From: Eledone cirrhosa
Taxonomy: Eukaryota
NCBI GenBank assembly: GCA_964016885.1
Contig: OZ024741.1
Coordinates: forward strand, 142,228,001 to 142,292,000
DNA length: 64,000 nucleotides
Reading direction: 5' to 3'
Shown: piece by piece, positions 53,270 through 64,000 of the stretch
How positions within the stretch are numbered: position 1 is the first letter of the stretch
Layout of the letters: each line of letters starts with the position of its first letter
The notes under the pieces: model-generated
Told to the model about the DNA's origin: nothing
The model's database searches: none
The model's input: only the letters and a program-made list of their open reading frames with translations
Made by a program: the position numbers and the translations under genes

Positions 53270-55260
53270 GTGAGGTAATGTGATGTTTAGATGGGTGGGT
53301 GAGTGATTAGATAGGTGGATAATGTAGTGTTTAGAAGGGTGGGTGAGTGATTAGATATGTGGGTAATGTGATGTTTAGATGGGTGGTAAGTGATTAGATA
53401 CGTGGGTAATGTGATGTTTAGAAGGGGGGTAAGTGATTAGATAGGTGGGTAATGTGATGTTTAGAATGGTGGGTAAGTGATTAGATAGGTGGGTAATGTG
53501 ATGTTTAGATGGGTGGGTAAGTGATTAGATATGTGGGTAATGTGATGTTTAGAAGGGTGGGTAAGTGATTAGATACGTCGGTAATGTGATGTTTTGAAGG
53601 GTGGGTGAGTGATTAGATAGGTGGGTAAGTGAATAGATAGGTGGATAACGTGATGTTTAGAAGTGTGGGTGGGTGATTAGATAGGTGGGTAAGTGATTAG
53701 ATAGATGGGTAATATGATGTTTAGATGGGTGGGTAATATTATGTTTAGAAGGGTGGGTAAAGTGATTAGATAGGTGGGTAATGTAATGTTTAGATAGGTG
53801 GGTAAGTGATTAGATAGGTGGGTAATGTGATGTTTAGAAGGGTGAGTAAGTGATTAGATAGGTGGGTAATGTGATGTTTAGATAGGTGGGTAAGTGATTA
53901 TAGGGGTGGGTAATGTGATGTTTAGAAGGGTGGGTAAGTGATTAGATAGGTGGGTAATGTGATGTTTAGAAGGGTGGGTAAGTGATTAGATAGGTGGGTA
54001 ATGTGATGTTTAGATGGGTGGGTAAGTGATTAGATAGGTGGGTAATGTGATGTTTAGAAGTGTGGGTGAGTGATAAGAAAGGTGGGTAAGTGATTAAATA
54101 GATGGGTGGGTGATTAGATAGGTGAGTAATGTGTTGTTAGAAGGGTGGGTAAGTGATTAGAAAGGTGGGTAATGTGGTGTTTAGATGGGTGGGTGAGTGA
54201 TTTGATTGGTGGGTAAGTGATTAGATAGATGGGTAATGTGATGTTTAGATGGGTAGGTGGGTGATTAGATAGGTGGGTAATGTGTTCTATAGAAGGGTGG
54301 GTAAGTGATTAGAGAGGTGAGTAAAGTAATGTGGTGTTTAGATGGGTGGGTGAGTGATTAGATTGGTGCGTAAGTGATTAGATAGGTGGGTAATGTGATG
54401 TTTAGATGGGTAGGTGTTTAGATAGGTGGGTAATGTGTTGTATAGAAGGGTGGATAAGTGATTAGAAGGTGGGTAATGTGGTGTTTAGATGGGTAGGTGG
54501 GTGATTAGATTGGTGGGTAATGTGTTGTATAGACCGGTGGGTATGTGATTAGATAGGTGGGTAATGTGATATTTAGATGGGTGGGTAAGTGATTAGATTT
54601 GTGGGTAATGTGTTGTATAGATGGGTGCGTAAGTGATTAGATTGGTAGGTAATGTGTTGTAAAGAAGGGTGGGTAAATGATTAGATTGGTGGGTTGTGTG
54701 TTGTATAGAAGGGTGGGTAAGTGATTAGATAGGTGGATCATGTGTTGTATAGAAGGGTGGGTAAGCTATTAGATTGGTGTATAATGTGTTGTATAGAAGG
54801 GTGAGTAAGTGATTAGATTGGTGGGTAATGTGTTGTATAGAAGGATGGGTAAGTGATTAGATTGGTGCGTACTGTGTTGTATAGAAGGGTGGGTAAGTGA
54901 TTAGATTGATGGGTAATGTGTTGTATAGAAGGGTGGGTAAGTGATTAGATAGGTGGGTAATGTGTTGTGTAGAAGGGTGGGTAAGTGATTAGAATGGGGG
55001 GTAATGTGTTGTATAGAAGGGTAAGTGATTAGATTGGTGAGTAATGTGTTATATAGTGTGTGGGTAATTATTAGATTGGTGGGTAATGTGTTGTATAGAA
55101 GGGTGGGTAAGTGATTAGATTGGTGGGTAATGTGTTGTATAGAAGGGTGGGTAAGTGATTAGTTTGGTGGGTAATGTGTTGTATAGAAGGTGGGTAAGTG
55201 ATTAGATTGGTGGGTAATGTGTTGTATAGTAGGGTGGGTAAGTGATTAGATTGGTGGGTA
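53270..55260 (+). repeat. About 44-bp G-rich satellite, longer paralogous array
   Basis: Same unit family as 39920-41340; TGTGATGTTTAGA variants first, TGTGTTGTATAGA variants later. Confidence 0.92.
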
Positions 55261-58200
55261 ATTTTTTTTAATTTTCGAATGTTTCGATACACGACGAGTG
55301 ATGTTTCCTTTCAATGTCATAAAACATGTGATGGGTGGGTACATACAAGAATATGTGATGTGTGGGTGGGTAGTTATATAGAGGGATAATGTGATAGGTT
55401 GGTGGCTATTGTGATGGGTGGGTAGATACAAGAATATGTGATGTGAAGGTGGGTAATTATATAGAGGGATAATGTGATAGGTTGGTGGCTATTGTGATGG
55501 TTGGGTAGATACAAGAATATGTGATGTGTGGGTGGGTAGTTATATAGAGGGATAATGTGATAGGTTGGTGGTTATCGTGGTGGGTGGGTAGATACAAGAA
55601 CATGTGATGTGTGGGTGGGTAGTTATATAGAGGGATAATGTGATAGGTTGGTGGCTATTGTGATACCATAATGGGTGAGTTGTTAAGTTAATGGGTGTGC
55701 GAACCAAGAGACTGGGTAAAGTGATGCTCAGATGTGTGGGGAAGTGTTTAGAGCATGGGTAAAATGAGATTTAGGGAAAGGGTAAAGTAATGATTAGATA
55801 GGAGGGTAAACTGATATTTAGACGGTGGGTAAGGTGATGTTTAGTCGGGTGGGTAAATTGTTTAAAGGATGGATAAAGTGATATGCTGCGTGGGTAAGTG
55901 ATTAGTGATTTGGTAAAAGGATTGTGTTTGTTGTTGTTGGACCTCCGTCTTTTCCGACGAGTGCTCCAGTTGATTCAATTAACGGAACTGCCTACTCGTG
56001 AAATTAACGTTCACGTGACTGAGCATACCACAGACACGTACACCTTTAACGTAGTTCTCAAAGAAAATCAGGAGGGCACAATGTGAACTACAGGTACGTT
56101 TCGTTTTTGCCAGCTGAGTGGAATGTAGCAATGTGAAATAAAGCGCCATGCTGAAGGACACAACGTACCGCCCCGTCCTGGAATCGAACTCACAACATTT
56201 CGATCGTGAACTGAATGTGATAACTAATATATCATATGCGGATAAAAGTGTGGGTTGATGACAAGGGCCTTGTTTCGGGGGGGGGGGGTACCAGGGGAAG
56301 AGTCCACCACCACCACCACCACCACCACCACCACCACTTTTTCAAACGTCTATATTTTATTTTTTGTTTATTTGATATAATTGTTTCTACTTTTGGCACA
56401 AAGCCAGCAATTTTCCAGTACATTACTGGTACTTTATTTTATCGATCCCGTAAGGATGAAAGGCAAAGTTAACCTCGGCGGGATTTGAACTCAGATCACA
56501 AAGGGACGTAACTCTTTGCGTCAAAGCATGGCGTCTGACCCTCTACTGATACTGCCAACCCATCGCCCTTATTTATTTGATATAATAATTTTTTTTAAGC
56601 TTATCTTTTTATATCTGAAATTCATTTGAATATACAAAATTTAATTAGCGTAAAATTTTACTTATGTGATAGAGTCCGGGAAAGGCACCATAAGCAATAC
56701 TAACATGCTCCGTTAAGATTCATGTTAGTTTGTCCCCCTCACATTTCTAAGGCAAACGAGGTCCCTGGTTGATGAGTTGATGAGAAGCCATGATAGAAGA
56801 GATATTAGATACCCGTGTGTTGTGAGTCAAGTGAAATCAGTACAAGTAGAAATCGAAACCTAAACACACGGATATATCTCATTCTATAAATTGTGAAATA
56901 AAACTGATTACCATATTAATAATCTATTAACTATATTTACTAACATTAACGAAAAAAAAAAAGGAAAATACTACTGCCCTAGGTGAGGCTCGAAGACACA
57001 ACCTCCGAACTTGCTAATATACATAAAAAGTATATATAAAATGTCTAAGATATGGCGGACTAAACGATTTTACTACTTAAGTGGTAGAGAACGTGGTGTG
57101 ATGTACAATGGAAAGTGAAGGCACGTGGCTTAGTTGTTAGGGATTCAGCTGACAGATAAGGTCGTAAATTCCAGTCCTGCTGACGCAAGAAATCTTATTT
57201 CACCCTGCTCCAGTCCAATCGGCTGGCAAAAATGAGTTGTACTTGTAATTCAAAAGAACCTGCTGAATCTCCACAAGAACCACGTGTCAGTGGAATGTTC
57301 AGCCACATGCACGCTAATTTCACAAACAGGTTGTTCCATAGTTCGAACAACTGGAACACGCAGAATGTAAATTCTGGAAATATCGACGCAGTTTTAATTT
57401 CAAATCGAAAACATTTCTGACTTACTATTTTATTTATATTGTTGTTTAGGCCCAGGTTAGCACACAAGATGAAAGACTTATTTTTCTAAACTATATTATA
57501 TCTAGGACTTCATTATACAATACATACTTTCTTTCTCAATACAGACGGTTGTGATTTAAGAGAGAATTGGCTATGTGGATGAACTGATGGGTAAGTGGTT
57601 GAAGTGGTGGTATATGAATAAAGAGATGGGGACTAAGTAAAAGGATGTAAAAGGGGGATAAAGTGATGGGATGGTATGTGAAATGATGTGTGGATGGATG
57701 TAGTGTTGAGTGAATGAGTGGATAGATAATGTGATAGATGTGAGGTGTCTGTATAAAGCAATGTATAATTTGGTGACGGAGCTGTGTGGTGATTAGTGAA
57801 AGGATGAACGTATGAGTGTATGCAGTTATGGATAATGACAGAAAAAATACGATCGCGAATACAAGCTACCGAAATGGGATTCCTCCGAAGAGTCTATGGT
57901 GTAACGGTACTCGATAAAGTGCGTAACTCGGAGATCAGAGAGTCACTCCAGGTAGAGCCGCTATTTCTCCGAATTGAGAGATCACAGCTCCGATACTATA
58001 GGCATGTGGTTAGAATGTCTCAGGAAAGAATCGCTGGTCAGATTTTACAGGCAAAACCAACTGGCAGGCGACCCAGGGGTAGACTCCGAGCAAGATGGAT
58101 AACATCCGTGAGATTGGCTGATCTCGCTTGGGGATCACTTGGAGATGGTTGCTTCTGATAGGACCCACTGGAAGAAGAAGAAGAAGAAGAAGAAGAAGAA

Positions 58201-58519
58201 GAAGAAGAAGAAGAAGAAGAAGAAATGTATGCAGTTGTGGATGAGGTGTTGTAACGTACGGGATATAGAAATAGAAAATCAACTAAGTATAACTGGAAAT
58301 CGAAATCTAAACACAAAGATACATTTTATCCTATAAATGGTGAGAACAATTTGATAGTCGTAAAAATAATCAATGAACTATTATTAAATAACTAAAATAA
58401 CATTGCCTCGTGTAGTTAACTAAATGCAAAATAAAAACAAACTGCGATTTGTTGAACTGTTGGGTGACAAGCATTGGCAAACGTAAGAATGAGTAATCTA
58501 TTCCTAAAGTTCAGGTCTT

Positions 58520-60285
58520 GTTACCCGCCTCACTGGAAGTCTGTTTTCTCCTGACCAGTTCAATAACAAGTTCGTCTTTTACAAGCTCGTGGTTAATGCT
58601 CTACATAGCCCCCCCCCCCCCTCATAACTGTTGATTGTCATTAAAACCGATAAGGTGTTTTTACCACCCGATCCGTGCGTGCAGTTGGCTCTTTGGCGAC
58701 TGTTCGTCGTCAGGGATCGGAGTGACTTGACTAGGACGCCCTTTGTTTTGTAGTTGAGCTACTTGAACGGGACTGCCAATGTCAGGATGGGCTGGTTTCA
58801 ATCTATCGATGGAAACCGTGTCCTCTCGTCCTCCAACCAGAGTTAAAATGACTTGTCTCCTGGTAGAATCACCTCGTATGGTCCATCATAGGGTGGCTGA
58901 AGGTGTTTTCACCGTGCATCACGACGAATGAAAACAAACTTCGCCTTTTAGAGGTGATTTGGTACAGAGGACCTTGGTTTACCATGCGTTGACGTGGGAG
59001 TAGGGTGTAATTGGCCCATGTTGTCTCTCAGCTGTTCAAGATACTTTTTGGTCTGACTTCGTGTTTGGACTGAATTCTTCCTGTACAGTGAGCAGAGCGC
59101 CGTAAACTATTTCTGCAGAAGAAGTATTTGGGTCTTCCTTTGTGGCAGTGCGGATTCCCAGCATTACCTATGGAAGCTGGTTGATACAGTTAGACCCATT
59201 AAGTCTAGTGATGAAGGATTTCCTTAAGAAGCAGTGAGATCTCTACCCTAAGCCAGTGGCCTGGGAATGATAGGCTGTTTTGTGTTTCGTGTTGATGCCA
59301 AAAAGTTCACACATCTCATTCCACAGCTTCTAGGTTAATTGAGATCCGCGGTCGGATAAGATGCTATCTGAGAGACCGAAACGAGCGACCCGGCTCGTAA
59401 CGAAGGCGCGGGTGATTTCTTGTGATTCCATGCTGCGGAGATGTACGGCCTCAGGCCAACGAGTGAAGCGGCCCACAATGATCAGTAGGCATGAGCAACC
59501 CAACAAAGTTGGTATGGGGCCAGCGAGGTGAAGTTGATATAGCCAAAATGGGCCTATGGAAGTTCATAGCTGCTGAGAGGTGCTTTGGTATGCTAATGGA
59601 TTTTGGTTTGTTGGCAGGGAATACAGGCTTTTATCCATTCCCAATTTGCTTGACCATACCATGCCAGGATAATTTGCACGACATCTGGTGCCGTGTGGCT
59701 CTGGTACCATGATGGGAGAGTCTGAGAATGGTGTAAAAATATTTTCGACGCCAAGCTAATGGAGCGATTGGTCGTGGTTTCTCGGTGGATACATCGCAAA
59801 GGAGGGTTGTTCTGTTGGAACTAAAATGCAAGGAAAGGGAATTGACAGCGATGCGGTAGGCCCTGACGTCATCATCTGTTTGGTGAGCTACGACCATAGC
59901 CTCATAGTCAAGACCTTCAGTTATTGAGAGTATGTAGGTGTCAGAGTCAATAGAGGCTCTGGAGAGTGCATCAGCAACTGGGTTGCTTTCTCCAGATATG
60001 CGCTGAATGTTAGTAGTGTACTCATAAATGGCTTATAACTGCCGTTGTTGACGTGCAGACTATGGCTTCGATAGCTTGTTGATAGCGAAGTTAAGTGGTT
60101 TGAGGTCTGTAAACATCGAATTTCCAAAAAGTAACGAAAATATCAGACACCTAAATGAGCGACTAACAATTCCCTGTCGAAAGTATTATATTTCTGTTCA
60201 GTTGGTCGCAGTTGTCGACTGCAGAAAACTAGAGGTCGCCACTGACCATTGATGTGTTGTTCCAAAACAACACCAACAGCTGTAT
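58520..60285 (-). mobile_element. Gypsy LTR retrotransposon pol remnant (RNase H and integrase)
   Basis: RPLVFCSRQLRPTEQKYNTFDRELL, LSHHGTRAT, RFTRWPEA, RFGLSDSILSDRGSQ, TAYHSQATG, GPY; many lesions; no LTR pair seen. Confidence 0.88.
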
Positions 60286-60563
60286 TAGAGGCATCCACAG
60301 TGAGTGCGATTGATGCTGACATATAGAATGGTGAATTCGAAGGCTGAGATCATTGCACTGTCCCACGCCACGTGTTTGTATTTTTTCGTGTAGTACTCGA
60401 TGCCTGGTGGCATGCAGACTGGGTATATTAATGAAATGGAGATTCCCCCGCGAGCTTGAGCGTTTTCAGCTTGTATTAATATTCTTCCAAGGTTCTTCAT
60501 GAGTAATGAATAGAACTAAAGAATTAATTGATCAAAGGAACATCCATTTTATTAATATTTGTA

Positions 60564-60627
<64 letters not shown>

Positions 60628-60709
60628 GAATCGAAGTTGTATCTGCCATATAGCAAGAACTAATCGAGTTGCTGTGCATATCTCTCCCTCCTCCCTCTCT
60701 CTCTCTCTC

Positions 60710-60769
<60 letters not shown>

Positions 60770-60770
60770 C

Positions 60771-60853
<83 letters not shown>

Positions 60854-61091
60854 TTCGTAGAAAAGGTAAAGGAAGGAAGATTGCTCTATGTAAGGTACAG
60901 AGCTATATATGTGTGTAAATATTTTTACCCCCTAACCTTATGTCCTGCGTCTGTGTGTGTATATATATATTTTTTTTTCGCGTTATTTAATTTAATTTAA
61001 TTATTTTATTATTTTTTAATCTTATTTCAGCTTCGTTTTCAATTGTAATAGCTTTTGTTTTTAATTCTATATCTCACATCCATATTAAATT

Positions 61092-61164
61092 TTCCTTTCT
61101 AATGAACGACTTCGGACACCTCTGTTCAGGTCGCCTGTCTTCGTGAAACCTTTGGTAAATGGAA
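61092..61164 (+). ncRNA. Hammerhead paralogue with G5A core change, predicted inactive
   Basis: CTAATGA instead of CTGATGA; otherwise a duplicate of 44442-44512. Confidence 0.65.
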
Positions 61165-61226
61165 TAATTGTATTGTGTTGTTTATTACATAATAATAATA
61201 ATAATAATTATTATTATTATTATAAT

Positions 61227-61271
<45 letters not shown>

Positions 61272-61707
61272 TAGCGGTCTCCCGAATTTCGCCCCGGTCT
61301 GTACTGTGCTCAGATCTATTTATAAGGCACATTGTCAACTGTCTTAATGTCCATTTTCCTTGGAATAAAAGGCGTTAAAAGGTATTTAAATATTGCATAA
61401 CATAATTTATTTTTAAATATTCATAATATCTTCATACAGAAAGTAATAAAGAAAATAATAGAAAAATGTATCCTAGGAAAATGATAAAATATTGTCGATA
61501 GATTTATAGGTCTGGCTACCTCCAGGGATCACGTGTGAGCGATTTTATTGATGGCATTCACTGTGATGTTTTGGAGGACAAGGATTGCTCTTTCACACAG
61601 CCACTCCTCATTGGAATGGTGGATTTATAAATTAGGAAACAATTAATTAAGCTTACAACGCTTTCCACAACATGACAAAATGACGAAGAATCAAACATCC
61701 TACAGTA

Positions 61708-61737
61708 TTAGCGCGCCGTACTTATAGACAGTACCTT
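61708..61737 (+). pseudogene. 30-nt tRNA-Ile fragment (D arm end, anticodon, intron start)
   Basis: TTAGCGCGCCGTACTTATAGACAGTACCTT, identical to the full-length copies. Confidence 0.8.
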
Positions 61738-62045
61738 AGTTTTTACCGGTTGCGCATTTCTAAATGCTTTTCAAAATAATTTTGAGATAGAGTGTCCGTA
61801 TTGTTTGCTCTGATCTGATTAGTTTTGGAAATTCTACCTGTTTTTATGTTAAAAAAGTGGCTCCAGCGCTACTTTGGTGTTGCAAAAATTCTTGTGGTCA
61901 AAACAATTTTGATTGGTCGGTAGAGGTCATGTGAATGTAAAAAATTGATTTTGCGCCAAGACTGTTTTTATGTTAAAAAAGTGGCTCCAGCGCTACTTGG
62001 TGTTTGATTTTGCGCCAAGACTGAGAAATCACTCCTTCACAACAA

Positions 62046-62116
<71 letters not shown>

Positions 62117-62411
62117 GCAGAGTAATTCGTGGTAGCAGGGATGGTCAGTAGGAATGTGTCTGTAAGCAGTGGGGGGGTATTTTAGCATGTCAAAAGATAT
62201 TTTTCAGCTTTTGTCTTATACGGAGAAGTGTGTGTGTGTGTGTATAAGTCTCTTTGTATGTTAATGTACGCGTGTGTATGTGTGTGTGTTACCACAAATT
62301 ACTCTGCTATATACACACACACACACACACACACATACACTTATCTTAATAGCCATTTGACACACATCCCTGCTAACCATTATCACAACATCGAACACCT
62401 TACTACTACTA

Positions 62412-62453
<42 letters not shown>

Positions 62454-62653
62454 TTGTTGTGAAGGAGTCATTTCTAAGGACACTCTATCTCAAAATTATT
62501 TTTGAAAAGCATTTAGAAATGCGCAACCGGTAAAAACTTAAAAACTTAAAACCACAACTGAATACTAACCCATACAATTACTAATACTCTTTTATTCCTA
62601 ATTAAACCATTTTTCAACTGTGAACAATTTGTCAACATTTTCTATTCCGTTTA

Positions 62654-62717
<64 letters not shown>

Positions 62718-62829
62718 GGGAAGGTAGAGAGAAGAGGGTAGAAAGAGAGATGCAAAAGTTGTTCGGAGAGGGGGGGGAGTAGAGAGAGATAGAAAGAGAG
62801 TTAGTCGTTTATTGACATAAATTTAATAA

Positions 62830-62932
62830 GCACAATCGGTTAGCACTCCGTACTTATAGACATTACCTTCCTTGTGTTAATCACATGACGGGAGATATGT
62901 GGAGCTTGTGAGTTCGAGCCTCACCCAGGGCA
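62830..62932 (+). pseudogene. 5'-truncated tRNA-Ile(UAU) pseudogene
   Basis: Same truncation as the 36613 and 48296 copies but with TAT anticodon. Confidence 0.85.
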
Positions 62933-63469
62933 GATATACTTCCTTTTTTTTCATTTAAGCAGCCATCTATATTAATTACTTATCAAATTTCCTGATATAT
63001 GTATGTATATATAGAGTGAACAATTTTTTGCATCTCTCTGTCTCTTCGTCCCCCACTCTCTCTGTGCGCGTGTGTGCGTGGTATTTTTTTTTTTTTTTTC
63101 ATTTAAGCAGTCATCTATATTAGTTATTTATCAAATTTCCTGATTGCATCCATCTTGTAAAAGCTGTATATTTATTACATATCTATGATTAGTATTTGTG
63201 TTTTACACACCAGTTGTTTATTTGGGTGTTGCGAATACAAACACAGCCTGGGTCAGTATGTTGGGGGGGGGGGGGGTTATAAATTCTCTAAATAGATAGT
63301 GGTTGGTAAAAGTCGGTAGAGTGTCTTTCATTGTTTTGTGTTCAAATTTCACTGTTGTTGATATCCTTCTTCATTATTTTGGGACCAATACTTCATAGGG
63401 GGTGGTTGATCAAATATTATTTGGTCCTGAACAGAAAGGCCAGTATTGTACATATGTATGTGTGTGTGT

Positions 63470-63562
<93 letters not shown>

Positions 63563-63565
63563 TGT

Positions 63566-63658
<93 letters not shown>

Positions 63659-63984
63659 CGTGTGTGTGTGTGTGTGCGTGCGTGTGTGTGTGCGCGTGTG
63701 TGTGTGTGAAAGAATTTTTAAATACTAATTATACATAAGTAATAAATATTCAACTTTACAAGATGGATGCAATCAGGAAATTTGATAAATAACTAATATA
63801 GATGACTGCTTAAATGATGACAAAATAAAAAATACCACGCACACACGCGCACAGAGAGAGTGGGGGACGGAGAGAAAGAGAGATGCAAAAAATTGTTCAC
63901 TCTATATATACATACATATATCAGGAAATTTGATAAGTAATTAATATAGATGGCTGCTTAAATGAAAAAAAAAGGAAGTATATC

Positions 63985-64000
63985 TGCCCTGGGTGAGGCT
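63985..64000 (-). pseudogene. 3' end of another tRNA-Ile-like copy cut by the window edge
   Basis: TGCCCTGGGTGAGGCT with the same flank as the 48296 copy. Confidence 0.6.

Noticed and set aside
60285-60520. Possible LTR or exon next to the Gypsy remnant
   Set aside because: No second LTR, PBS or recognisable protein motif

Overview
Eukaryotic, AT-rich, microsatellite-dense repeat DNA, very probably an Octopus genome (inferred from octopus-type SINEs). No host protein-coding gene could be supported. 1-19 kb is a patchwork of Penelope-like (PLE), RTE and mariner remnants, SINEs and fold-back repeats. 19-26.6 kb holds two diverged Tx1/L1 LINEs, a 36-bp satellite and a 200-N gap. 27-64 kb is a mosaic of three imperfect 10-14 kb duplicated units carrying about 17 full, degenerate or partial copies of an intron-containing tRNA-Ile(UAU) gene, plus CRE, Gypsy, Helitron and RTE fragments and G-rich satellites. 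The main unexpected signal is about 17 minimal type I hammerhead ribozyme motifs of several families in PLE pseudo-LTR-like repeats, including families with a compensated U3-A8 core. All motifs, folds and coordinates were read by eye; repeat boundaries are approximate.
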